A DNA stretch of 64,000 bases from an uncultured Verrucomicrobiales bacterium (GTDB lineage: Bacteria > Verrucomicrobiota > Verrucomicrobiia > Verrucomicrobiales > DEV007): NCBI GenBank assembly GCA_938091905.1, contig CALKOM010000062.1:1-64000 (forward strand). Direction: 5' to 3'. The translations under genes were made by a program, and so were the position numbers. Shown here in pieces: positions 48,452 through 57,866 of the stretch (the stretch's first letter is position 1; each line of letters starts with the position of its first letter). Under the pieces are notes generated by a model, which ran no database searches, had not been told where the DNA came from, and saw only the letters and a list, made by a program, of their open reading frames with translations.

Positions 48452-51400
48452 TCAATGGGGGAATTCTTTCACATTCCCAACGCGATACTGATAGAATCGT
48501 TCCATAGAATTTTCGTTGTGCCGAAGGTCTTCGAAGTAATCTGGAATCTCTTTTTTGTTGGGATCAATGAAGCGTTCAATGAGAACAGAGCCTCGGTACT
48601 GCGCTCTAACCTGATCTTGTTCCGGAACGAAGTGATTCGGATCGGTGCCGCGCCCTTTGAGTAACGTCTGTGTCGTGATATGCACTTTAAAGGCGTTGGA
48701 ACGTGTTGTTAGCCTTGGGTAGAGGTGTTTGTAGGGTGCCTCTAAAGAATTGTCTCCAGTCAGACGATTCTTTTTCCAGAAACTTCGGATGGATCTGCCC
48801 TCGTCGTCCCAACGTTCTCCTTCAGGAATGAGAAACTGTTCGCAGATCTCCGAGGCAGTCATGAAGGCCTTCCCGTTGGCGAATCGTTCTTCAAACTGTT
48901 TCAGCGTCTCGTTTGCGTCGATGCGGTGATGCCAGCCATCGTTCCACTTTCCCGCCTTCTTGTAGGTCTTTCCTGCGCTTGAAGGAATTGCTAGAATCCG
49001 TTCTGACTTTAGAGCGGCATGGAGGGCGGTCGCCCGTTTGATGTAGGTGAACGGCATCATCTGATAGTTCAGATTGATCTTTCCTGCAGTCGAGAACGGG
49101 CCTGAAATCGGGTAGGGTTCGACAATGGGCATCCAAAAGAGATCTAGCCAAAGATGGTCCGGTGGCAGATCTTTCTGATCCTCCACAGATGCGAATTGGG
49201 GAACCTCGTAGCCTTCCGCTGATCGTAAATCGCCTGTGAGTTGTAGGCCGTTCCCACGCTCACCAAGATGAGGGAATCGATCGGGATCCTCGAGATTTGG
49301 TCGGAAGAGGAGGCAAGTCCAAGGAGCATTGGCTTGAAAGGCGCTGGGGAGAGATCCAAAGGCCACGGGCGATGTGACCATGCGATTAGGAGAAAAGTTA
49401 GAAGTCTTATCGTCGTAGCGAAAGTCCTTTGCCTCGCCGACTTCGAAGTAAGGGTGCTTTTGATTGAAGATACTATTTCCAGGCACATCGTCGGCCCCGT
49501 CATCCGGTTTATTTCCATAGGCACCATCGGCTGCACCACCGACTCCATTGTCAAAGTCTCGCGTGATTGATGGATCGATAGGAAACCGATAGCTTGAGCT
49601 GAGCAGGGGCGAGAACGCTGCTCGGTCGTCTGGATCGAAGGTGAAGTCCGGTCGGATTCCCCGCTCGTATGTCACGTCTTTCCCTGCGATGTTTCTTCCA
49701 AAGAGATCATCTGCTAGGGTGGTTCCTGTCTTGCCGACAACGGCGTCAGAAGCACCCTCATTCCCCGCAAAGATCAATGAATGGGCTTTGCTCGACTCAT
49801 GATAGAGTGGGTGGGGCTGGAAGAGTTCCGCTGGGACGTTGCGGCGGGCGGCGAGATGGCGATAATCGCCATGGGCGAGAATCATTGACTTTACGACATC
49901 GTTATCCGTCAAGACGTGCACGACGCTATTTGGAGAAGCCTTCGAGGCGCGGTCGAACCGCCGACTCCATCCTTGAAACTCGGAAGGATTTAGTTTGGGC
50001 GCCTCAAAAGTCGTTTCTGGAAACTGAATGTTCAGCGTCTGAACAACACGGGTGCGTCGCAGTCGACCGCTGCCGCTTGCATAAACAATGAACCGGATTG
50101 GTTTCTCACAGGTCATTTTGAGGGGTTTATCCTCTACGACAATGGCAGACTGACAATACAAGGCAGACAACTTTCCCTCACCATTAGCGAGAAACTGGGG
50201 ATCGTACTTGCGGCGATCTGCCTTTACCGAGAACTCGCCGAACCGTAAGAGCCGATAGCCACCGCTTCCTCCCCATCCGAACCATCCCGCAGGCAATTGG
50301 CCCTGGCGATTTAACGCTACTGCGGGGTCACTTGTCTGTACGGTGGGACCGAGGACGAAATTGTTCTGAACGGCAGACGTATGTCCCCAGAGATCCAACG
50401 GAATGCCATTGATCTTCCAGTTCTCGATTGACCCCTTGATGTATCCTTGGCCACCGGTGACAAGTTGCACCGTTTGGCGGGGATGAATTTGATGAAATCC
50501 CTGCATCGGGCAGAAGAATTCTGGAATGATCCCCACTTCGATGTATTTGAATCGTTTGCCAAGATCGGAGTGATCAAATTTCCGAGGATACTTGGGTTTC
50601 TTATTACTCAAGATAGCCTGAATCACTTCTAAATCTTTCCGCGGACCGGCCTCATTACCTAACACAGCCTCGCCTTGTTCATCGAAATCCACGAGCGTGG
50701 CCTGAGCTGTGCAGTAACAGACGGTGGCGATCTCAGAAACAGTGAAGATTCTTCCAAGACCTTTCGGTTCCAATGTGTTTTTATGCCATTGTGAGTTCTG
50801 TGTCTTGACACCGTTGTCACGGGTGAGATTCCGTCCGACCAAATCATTGGAAGCGATCTGACCGAAGCCATGGAAATCGCGGACACGGGCGTAGGGTTCG
50901 GCCACGTTGCCGTCGTGCAAATTGGTCGAGCGGATATAGTCGATCATCATTAACGGAATGGCGAAGTGATCGAGTTTGTATTCGCTGTCATCCGCATAGT
51001 AATTGTCCTTGTAAGGAGCTCTCCTCTTGGAGCCATATTTCTTGGCTAAGGAGCCGCCATATCCGGGGATTTTTTGATAAACCGAACTCATGAGATAGCG
51101 ATAGAGATCGATATTGACCCGATTGGCGTGCACGTACAATTCGACATGACGCAGATGACTCCCGGTACGATGATAAAAGTATTTCTGCTTTCCGTCTGCC
51201 AAACTTGTGCAGAAGGCCATGGTGTCGTCATAAATCGTGCGGTACCGCTTACCTTGCTTCTCCGCCATTGGCCATAAGCTGATTCGAGGGCGGCCATGGA
51301 CTGTCAGTTCTGGGGAATTGCTTCGGGTGGTGAGAAAGCCACGCGCGCGTTCGAGTCGGGCCACGCCATCACCTCCTTCGGCTTGAACCATGGAAACAAA

Positions 51401-52504
51401 ATCGTTCTCCTGGCGTGCGATGTTAAAGACGATTTCGTCGACAGAAGCGTAAAGGCGATCCCGGTCGAAGTGAATCGTTTGGTCCGAGGCCTTCTCGCCT
51501 CCCTCAGTACCTCCATGCCGAACCTTAGGGGCCATGTTATAAATGGCCTCGAGATGTGCTGGGCTCAGTTTTTTCGGGGCGTCTGGATCGGGATAATGAT
51601 CGGGAAACAGCACGCTACTTAGACAGGTGGTGGCAGGATGCCCCGGATAGCGCTGCACTTCGTTCGTGACGGGCTGTTTCATCGACCAGCTTTTAGCTTC
51701 ACTGCTAGCCACCCGTGGTGTATCCCAAGGAACGCCCTCAGCGGCAGTGTTAAGGTTGACCTTGCAAGACTCGTCGTCAGCCCAGAAGGCGAGACGGGCA
51801 ACCATCGGATTCTCCGAAGTGGCTTGCCGTTCTCCAATGAACCGATGGTTCTGATCGAGCGTGCCGAAGGAGCCGTCCTTAAGCATGTAGAGCCATTCCA
51901 CTGGCAGAGGTAGAACTTTCCCATCGGCAACTTCGGTTCCTGGGGCGATCTCGGCCATTACAGCGTTGTCCCAATTGAAGCCCTCCACCTGATCAATGGT
52001 TTTGGATCGTGGGTCCAAGATGGGGAAGTGCCGACTTTTCTCTACACCATCAACATCGTAAGAAATCGCAGGCGCATTGAGGTCTACGAAACGAGCCGGA
52101 TCCTGGTCCCAACCTTGCAGCGCTTTTGATTCATTCTTTAGGAGAGCGGCATCCTCAACAACCATGTTAGAAGAGGAGTAGAGTTTGTAGGCTTTCTCGA
52201 AGCCATTCCCATTGTAAGCGCGGATCATGCCGGGTTGTGAGGACCAATAGGCAGGCTCCGCTCCTCCAAAAATACCTGTCTTGCGATCTGTGCGTGTACC
52301 CTCGCGAATTTGATCGATGACCAAATTGACTGCGGTCTCGGACAATTGGCGGGCCCTGACGGAGTGCGCGTAGGCCGAGGCCGATTGGCGCTCAGTGGAC
52401 GCTATCGATAAGATGGCGATGACTAGCATGGTCATTACAGCGACCAATGCCATCACCGTGACTAATGCTACGCCACTTGATCTCGGGAAGGGGGACACTT
52501 TCAT
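48452..52504 (-). CDS. vccA: Verru_Chthon cassette protein A
   Basis: Pilin-like GVALVTVMALVAVM N-terminus, WSSQPG, RLAFWADDESCKVNLNTA, RYPGHPATT, STAGKINLNYQ, YPRLTTRSN. Confidence 0.85.
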   Translation of the reverse strand: MKVSPFPRSSGVALVTVMALVAVMTMLVIAILSIASTERQSASAYAHSVRARQLSETAVNLVIDQIREGTRTDRKTGIFGGAEPAYWSSQPGMIRAYNGNGFEKAYKLYSSSNMVVEDAALLKNESKALQGWDQDPARFVDLNAPAISYDVDGVEKSRHFPILDPRSKTIDQVEGFNWDNAVMAEIAPGTEVADGKVLPLPVEWLYMLKDGSFGTLDQNHRFIGERQATSENPMVARLAFWADDESCKVNLNTAAEGVPWDTPRVASSEAKSWSMKQPVTNEVQRYPGHPATTCLSSVLFPDHYPDPDAPKKLSPAHLEAIYNMAPKVRHGGTEGGEKASDQTIHFDRDRLYASVDEIVFNIARQENDFVSMVQAEGGDGVARLERARGFLTTRSNSPELTVHGRPRISLWPMAEKQGKRYRTIYDDTMAFCTSLADGKQKYFYHRTGSHLRHVELYVHANRVNIDLYRYLMSSVYQKIPGYGGSLAKKYGSKRRAPYKDNYYADDSEYKLDHFAIPLMMIDYIRSTNLHDGNVAEPYARVRDFHGFGQIASNDLVGRNLTRDNGVKTQNSQWHKNTLEPKGLGRIFTVSEIATVCYCTAQATLVDFDEQGEAVLGNEAGPRKDLEVIQAILSNKKPKYPRKFDHSDLGKRFKYIEVGIIPEFFCPMQGFHQIHPRQTVQLVTGGQGYIKGSIENWKINGIPLDLWGHTSAVQNNFVLGPTVQTSDPAVALNRQGQLPAGWFGWGGSGGYRLLRFGEFSVKADRRKYDPQFLANGEGKLSALYCQSAIVVEDKPLKMTCEKPIRFIVYASGSGRLRRTRVVQTLNIQFPETTFEAPKLNPSEFQGWSRRFDRASKASPNSVVHVLTDNDVVKSMILAHGDYRHLAARRNVPAELFQPHPLYHESSKAHSLIFAGNEGASDAVVGKTGTTLADDLFGRNIAGKDVTYERGIRPDFTFDPDDRAAFSPLLSSSYRFPIDPSITRDFDNGVGGAADGAYGNKPDDGADDVPGNSIFNQKHPYFEVGEAKDFRYDDKTSNFSPNRMVTSPVAFGSLPSAFQANAPWTCLLFRPNLEDPDRFPHLGERGNGLQLTGDLRSAEGYEVPQFASVEDQKDLPPDHLWLDLFWMPIVEPYPISGPFSTAGKINLNYQMMPFTYIKRATALHAALKSERILAIPSSAGKTYKKAGKWNDGWHHRIDANETLKQFEERFANGKAFMTASEICEQFLIPEGERWDDEGRSIRSFWKKNRLTGDNSLEAPYKHLYPRLTTRSNAFKVHITTQTLLKGRGTDPNHFVPEQDQVRAQYRGSVLIERFIDPNKKEIPDYFEDLRHNENSMERFYQYRVGNVKEFPH

Positions 52505-52796
52505 GGTGCGAGATCTGTTCGCGAAACCTTCAGACGACGATCGTATAGATGACTGCGCCTGCGGTTGCTGCAACGGCAGCGGCAGCCCATGGGGCCAATG
52601 CGAACGAGAATTGATGTTTCATAGCTAGGGAAGAGCAGTAGCATCAACGTTCGCTGGGTGATTGGAAAGCTAATACTGAATAGCTCTAGGAGAGGGGCGC
52701 TATCAGAAGACGACCATCACCATCAGATAAACGTGGACGTACTACTCGCTAGCGGGGCACTTTGTGCCCCGGCTGCCATGGAACCTCTGATCTTCG

Positions 52797-53948
52797 TTAA
52801 GGCTCCATCATCTCCTGATTGATCCCGAAGCCGTTATCGTTATCGAGATCCAGAACGCGCAAGTAGAGGCGATCGGCGTCTTCTTTGTTCAATTCTTCGG
52901 GTAATGGCAGGATGGTGTCTGTCAATGTGGTGCCATCGGCTCCTGGTACAGCGAGCCCAGGATAGCGAGTCCACGTTTCTAAGTCTTGAGACCATTCGAA
53001 TCCGTAGACTCGGTCTTCAGCTGATCTCCACGCGATGGCGAAGCGCGGTGTTGCCGGAATCAGGGGCAACGGATTTCCTTGGACTAGCGAGTTACTCGTG
53101 ACATCGACAACTTGGAAGAAACGGAACGGTGCTGGGACCTCGGTGAATGACCCCACGATTACGGCCTCCGTTGTCGCTTCGGTTGCTTTCACGAGATAGA
53201 GCCTCTCCCAGAGGACTCGGTCTGTGGAGCTCTCGATGCGGTAGACGCCTCCGGGTTCGGACGTCCAGTCGATCTTCAGTCTAACTTCTTCTTTTAAGGG
53301 TTGGAAGCCAAGATTAATTAGTCTGAAGGGGAGCCCATGGATATCGACACTTGCAAAGCGTGCCGCACCGCTACGGACACCAACCAATGGGCGCCCTTCT
53401 GTATATGTGAGGGGCAGGCCCAGGCTCGTCTCGATAGCCGGTTCGGTGGGTTGCTCGGAGTCCTTGGGCCAGACCCATGCAGCTAAAGACTGCTGGACCA
53501 TGCGAAAACAGATCATGAGGGCGTCACCGTCAGTGCTGAATCCAGTATTACCGGAGGCGAGAACTGTGTCGTCTCCAGAATCGAGCGTGACCAAACTAAC
53601 ATCGCCATTGCGAGCAAGATCGAAGACATAGCCGCTGAGAGGGGGGCGAGATTGAATACGTAAGCCGAGGAACAGAGCTTCTGCGTCGTCGTCAGCGAAC
53701 TCGGCTTCGACGGTGATCGACGTGTCTGATAGCCTCTGCTCGTAGGTGGCATAGGCGATCCCGGGATGTGTGAGAACGAGGCCATCGTCCACGATCTCTT
53801 GAGTTTCTGGATCGAAGGGAAGCAACGATTCTTCTGTGAATGGAGGGAAGCTGGCCAGGGGCTCTCTGGATAAGTTTTCTGCCTGCAAGAGTCCCAAGCT
53901 AACAAGAGCGCAGAAGCATGATAGGGCGATTCCCCAAAGGCATTTCAT
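52797..53948 (-). CDS. Secreted hypothetical protein with two C-terminal W-x-S-x-x-G-x-x-Y modules
   Basis: Signal peptide MKCLWGIAL; WTSEPGGVYRIESSTD and WRSAEDRVYGFEWSQDL. Confidence 0.65.
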   Translation of the reverse strand: MKCLWGIALSCFCALVSLGLLQAENLSREPLASFPPFTEESLLPFDPETQEIVDDGLVLTHPGIAYATYEQRLSDTSITVEAEFADDDAEALFLGLRIQSRPPLSGYVFDLARNGDVSLVTLDSGDDTVLASGNTGFSTDGDALMICFRMVQQSLAAWVWPKDSEQPTEPAIETSLGLPLTYTEGRPLVGVRSGAARFASVDIHGLPFRLINLGFQPLKEEVRLKIDWTSEPGGVYRIESSTDRVLWERLYLVKATEATTEAVIVGSFTEVPAPFRFFQVVDVTSNSLVQGNPLPLIPATPRFAIAWRSAEDRVYGFEWSQDLETWTRYPGLAVPGADGTTLTDTILPLPEELNKEDADRLYLRVLDLDNDNGFGINQEMMEP

Positions 53949-53991
53949 TGGGGAAGATAAGCTGGCGCAGGGTGCCTTGCAAGCGGCCAAC

Positions 53992-54822
53992 CTACGGCGA
54001 TGATAGGAAGTGGTATGAGTTGAGCCAGGTAGAAAGTACGCTAACCATGGCATCAGATTCACCCCACAAGTCTTCATGCGCGGCGTCAATGGGCTCATAG
54101 GTGATTCGACTTGAATCTACTTGGAGCAGACGTTCACTATGCTTGGGAGTGATGAGGCGATCGCGCCTTCCATGGATGAGGAGAACAGGATATGTGGAGC
54201 CGGTAAGCGCGTTAATATTGTCGTAGCGTGTCTTGAGCAGAAAGCTCGGCAGACCTGTTTCCCAGGTGAGCGCACCGAGGCTTGTATAGGGGGCTGTTAG
54301 GATAATGCCGTCGAACCGCTTGCGGGTGGCAAGTTCGAGTAGAGGGCCAGTTCCGAATCCGTGCCCAAAACCAATGAGCCTTCGGCGAGAGAGACCCCGA
54401 GTTTCTAACCAAGCATGTCCTTGATCGAAAGTTTCCGCGATCGTTTCTTTGCTTGGCAAGCCATCGGAGCCGCCATAACCTGGGTACTCCACGAGAAAGA
54501 CTGAGAGGCCTAACTGATTGAGATGCCCAGTGATCGCCTCCCAGTGGCCGATGGTTTCAGCATTGCCATGAGCGACGAATACAATCGGGCAGTCATCAAA
54601 ATCACGTTCACTTTCTAGATAACAGGCATGGACTTCGCCAAAGCTCGTCTTGAGTTTCGTGTAGAAAGCCAGGCTGTTCTCTTCTCTCAGATTCGTCGTC
54701 ATAGGAATGCCCTGACCGACGAAGATGATGCGATCTTGTAGAGAGGCCATCACTGAAACGTAGATCACATAGCCCCCTGCTAGGATTGCCCCTAGGAGAA
54801 GGCACTGGCTCCATCGATTCAT
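53992..54822 (-). CDS. Alpha/beta-hydrolase-fold protein lacking the nucleophile Ser
   Basis: AHGNAE, EYPGYGGS, GHGFG in place of GxSxG, IHGRRDRLI, AAHED. Confidence 0.8.
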   Translation of the reverse strand: MNRWSQCLLLGAILAGGYVIYVSVMASLQDRIIFVGQGIPMTTNLREENSLAFYTKLKTSFGEVHACYLESERDFDDCPIVFVAHGNAETIGHWEAITGHLNQLGLSVFLVEYPGYGGSDGLPSKETIAETFDQGHAWLETRGLSRRRLIGFGHGFGTGPLLELATRKRFDGIILTAPYTSLGALTWETGLPSFLLKTRYDNINALTGSTYPVLLIHGRRDRLITPKHSERLLQVDSSRITYEPIDAAHEDLWGESDAMVSVLSTWLNSYHFLSSP

Positions 54823-54823
54823 G

Positions 54824-55780
54824 TCAGGGAGGAGAGGCCGTATTGATGGCGCGGGAGATGTCTTGAACCAGTTGGTTGTTTCCCAATGATTTAGCACGCT
54901 TTTGCAGGGTTTTCAAATTGTGGATGTAGGCTACTTGAATTTTCTCCTTCCTCCGATTGACGGCGCTTTGGAAAGAGCGTTGCAGGTCAGCCGCGTTGGG
55001 AATGGGCTTGGTATCCACTCGCTGTTCAACGGGAAGAAGTTGAATGCGTTGTAGGTGCATGAGCCCAAGCGGTTTCGCCTCAATCACATTGAGGCGCAAG
55101 CTAACCGCAGCATTGGAGAAGGTGAGTATTCCAAGAGAGACGTCGCGGTACGTTTCCCAGTCAGCTGTCGGTTGAACTTCGTGGATGAGTGATTGTCGTT
55201 CTCCATTGAGCAATCGGCTGGTCTCGCCGAATGAGAATTGTCCGCCCGCTCGCAAGAGAATCCTCTTGTCACCACTGCCAGACTTCTCTTCGGCGATCTT
55301 GGTACAACTGTATGTTACGACGATTTCATAGCTCCCTGGTGTCAGGCCTCGGAGATTCCAGATCGCCGCGGTGGCGCTGGTCTTCCATCCTTTGAGAACA
55401 TTGCGTTGCAGGAAGACTGAGCCTGTGAGTGAGGCTTCTGATAGCGCTGGTGTGATGCCTTTGGCGGCCCGCTCCTTAGCCTGATTTGGATTGTGGCGTC
55501 GAAGGGCTGCTGTTAGGGCGAGGCTCCGGTCACGGTAAGCGATAGCCTTGGGAAAGTCCTCTGCTCGCGCCGCTTGGCGTTCAAATTGGCGAAGCTTAAC
55601 GAGAAATGTCTGATCTAGGGAAGCGGTGGCGTTGGCGAGCTTGGCCTCGAACTGCTGTTGGCTATCCGATAAGGAGCTTCGGAGGATGAGCGCTTCCTCG
55701 GCTTTCTCGCTCTGGGCTAAGACAGCAGTGATCGTCATGCCCAAACTCAAGACTGTCCGTAGGACTGGGCTAAGGGGCAT
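54824..55780 (-). CDS. Secreted hypothetical protein (coiled coil + CBM-like beta domain)
   Basis: Signal peptide; LKGW...AIWNL...GSYEIVVTYSC; paralogue of the upstream gene. Confidence 0.6.
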   Translation of the reverse strand: MPLSPVLRTVLSLGMTITAVLAQSEKAEEALILRSSLSDSQQQFEAKLANATASLDQTFLVKLRQFERQAARAEDFPKAIAYRDRSLALTAALRRHNPNQAKERAAKGITPALSEASLTGSVFLQRNVLKGWKTSATAAIWNLRGLTPGSYEIVVTYSCTKIAEEKSGSGDKRILLRAGGQFSFGETSRLLNGERQSLIHEVQPTADWETYRDVSLGILTFSNAAVSLRLNVIEAKPLGLMHLQRIQLLPVEQRVDTKPIPNAADLQRSFQSAVNRRKEKIQVAYIHNLKTLQKRAKSLGNNQLVQDISRAINTASPP

Positions 55781-56420
55781 GGGAAACGAGGATGACTTGA
55801 TGAATGCGGATGCCAGAAGTAGCGACACCATTGCCGAGTGTAAGTGAAAGGCTGTTGGTGTCTTGAGCCAAGCGGAGATTGCCCAACGATGCGGTGCTGC
55901 GTTCTTTATTTGTCGGGAGAAGCGCCCCGGTGACATGATACTTGGCCTCGTGCATGGACGCGGAAACTGCGTTGGTGCCGTTTCCACTGTAGACGAGTTT
56001 AACTTCGTACCCGCCGCGTGGGAGTGTTAGTTTATTCCAGGTAGCCTTGGCTTTGCTTGTCCAACCGTCCAGGACACGCTCGCCTGTTCGCATACTGGTA
56101 CGAAGCTCGCCAGTGGCTTCGGCTTCTTCGGCATAGAAGGTCAGTGTCAGGGGGGCGCTCGCTGTGTTCTTGAGCTCTGTTTGGTAGAACTGAGCGGCTT
56201 CGTATTGCCTGTCGCGAACTGCGTTCAGTTTCAGAGAACGGAGGCGCGCGGCGTAGAGTTTTTCCATCGACCGGGTCACCTCCTCGTCCTGGGCCAAATG
56301 GCGCTCTTGAAGAGCAAGGAATTGTTTCCGAAGAGACTTTGCGTCTTGGCCGTGGCTTCCGTTGAGTAAGAGGCTACTCAGCAAGACGATGAGGCAGTAA
56401 GAAACGTTGGTAGATGCCAT
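55770..56420 (-). CDS. Secreted hypothetical protein (coiled coil + CBM-like beta domain)
   Basis: Signal peptide; LDGW...ATWNK...GGYEVKLVYSG. Confidence 0.6.
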   Translation of the reverse strand: MASTNVSYCLIVLLSSLLLNGSHGQDAKSLRKQFLALQERHLAQDEEVTRSMEKLYAARLRSLKLNAVRDRQYEAAQFYQTELKNTASAPLTLTFYAEEAEATGELRTSMRTGERVLDGWTSKAKATWNKLTLPRGGYEVKLVYSGNGTNAVSASMHEAKYHVTGALLPTNKERSTASLGNLRLAQDTNSLSLTLGNGVATSGIRIHQVILVSHAP

Positions 56421-56507
56421 GAGGACGAGTGGTGGTGGGAGGATACAGGCTTCTGTTTGGCTTGCAATCTTGGTTGAGCGTTGGGCTGGCTGGCGGATAC
56501 TTGCTTG

Positions 56508-57824
56508 GTGGAGAATTCCCCAATTGATTCCAGCACCCGGATTGCCCAGGACAAGGCGCATGTCTGGCATCCGTTTACCCAGCTGCGGGATTGGTGTGCG
56601 CCAGATCACGAGCCTTTGATGATCGTGCGCGGGGAGGGGGCGTATCTCGTGGATCAACTTGGGAAGCGTTACCTCGATGGGAATTCCTCCATCTGGACGA
56701 ATATTCATGGGCACGGTCACCCGGCGATCATCTCTGCGATTCAGGGACAGGCGGCGACGTTGGCCCATTCCTCTGCACTAGGATTTGGCAATGAACCTGC
56801 GGCCGAACTCGCTGCCGCGTTGGTTGGTTGTTTTCCTAAGGAGACGCTGACCAAGGTCTTCTATACGGATGATGGTTCGACCGCCATCGAGTGTGCGCTT
56901 CGGCTGGCCCTTCAGTATTGGGAAATGGAAGGGCAACCGGAACGTGCGAGCTTTGCGGCGTTTGATAGCGCCTACCATGGCGATACGATGGGAGCGGCAG
57001 CTCTGGGCGGCATTGCGACCTTCCATAAGAGGGTAAGCAAGTTGGGTGTGCCCGTATGTCATGTAAAAGATCTAACGCATTTGATAGGCTTGCCGCCTGA
57101 AGAGGTTTCAAAGCTGGCTGCCGTAGTCATCGAACCGCTCATTCAAGGTGCTGCTGGTATGCGACTCTGGCCGAAAGGCATGCTCTCTGAATTGCGAGCG
57201 TGGTGTGATGAGCACGGTGTGTTTCTGATCCTCGATGAAGTCATGACCGGCTTCGGCCGCACCGGGAAGATGTTTGCCTGCCAGCATGAAGAGGTAATAC
57301 CAGACTTTATCGCGTTGGCGAAGGGGCTGACAGGAGGAACTCTCCCGCTCGCAGCCACTCTGACAACTCAGCGTGTGTTTGATGCCTTCCTCTCGCGACC
57401 AGGAGAAGATCGGACGTTCTACTATGGACATAGCTATTGCGGAAATCCTTTGGGCTGTACAGCGGCTCTGGCTTCTCTTCAGATCTTCGAAGAAGAGGCT
57501 GTTCTCGCGAAGCTTACCAACAAGATGGAGGTTCTGGGTTCGCTCCTGAGAGAATGGCAGAACGCAGATAGAAGAGTGCGGGACGTCCGCCAGTGTGGGT
57601 TTATTGCCGGAATCGATATTGGCGATCCCTCGGGAGCTGCGTTTTCTTCTGGTGATAAATTTGGGGCACAAGTGTGCTTGGCCGCGCGGGCGCATGGCCT
57701 GCTGACTCGTCCCGTGAATGACACGCTTGTCCTGATGTTGCCGCTTTGTGCTGACTTGGACGATATTAGGCTCGCTGTGGCGGCTTTGCAGGCCGGATTG
57801 AGAGACGTTGTTCCCGTCGAATAA
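56508..57824 (+). CDS. bioA: Adenosylmethionine-8-amino-7-oxononanoate aminotransferase
   Basis: VWHPFTQ, AYHGDT, DEVMTGFGRTG, AKGLTGG, GHSYCGNP; start approximate. Confidence 0.92.
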   Translation: MENSPIDSSTRIAQDKAHVWHPFTQLRDWCAPDHEPLMIVRGEGAYLVDQLGKRYLDGNSSIWTNIHGHGHPAIISAIQGQAATLAHSSALGFGNEPAAELAAALVGCFPKETLTKVFYTDDGSTAIECALRLALQYWEMEGQPERASFAAFDSAYHGDTMGAAALGGIATFHKRVSKLGVPVCHVKDLTHLIGLPPEEVSKLAAVVIEPLIQGAAGMRLWPKGMLSELRAWCDEHGVFLILDEVMTGFGRTGKMFACQHEEVIPDFIALAKGLTGGTLPLAATLTTQRVFDAFLSRPGEDRTFYYGHSYCGNPLGCTAALASLQIFEEEAVLAKLTNKMEVLGSLLREWQNADRRVRDVRQCGFIAGIDIGDPSGAAFSSGDKFGAQVCLAARAHGLLTRPVNDTLVLMLPLCADLDDIRLAVAALQAGLRDVVPVE

Positions 57825-57866
57825 TTCGCTCTTCCTTTCTTGGCTTTCGTCTGATTTATTACAGGG

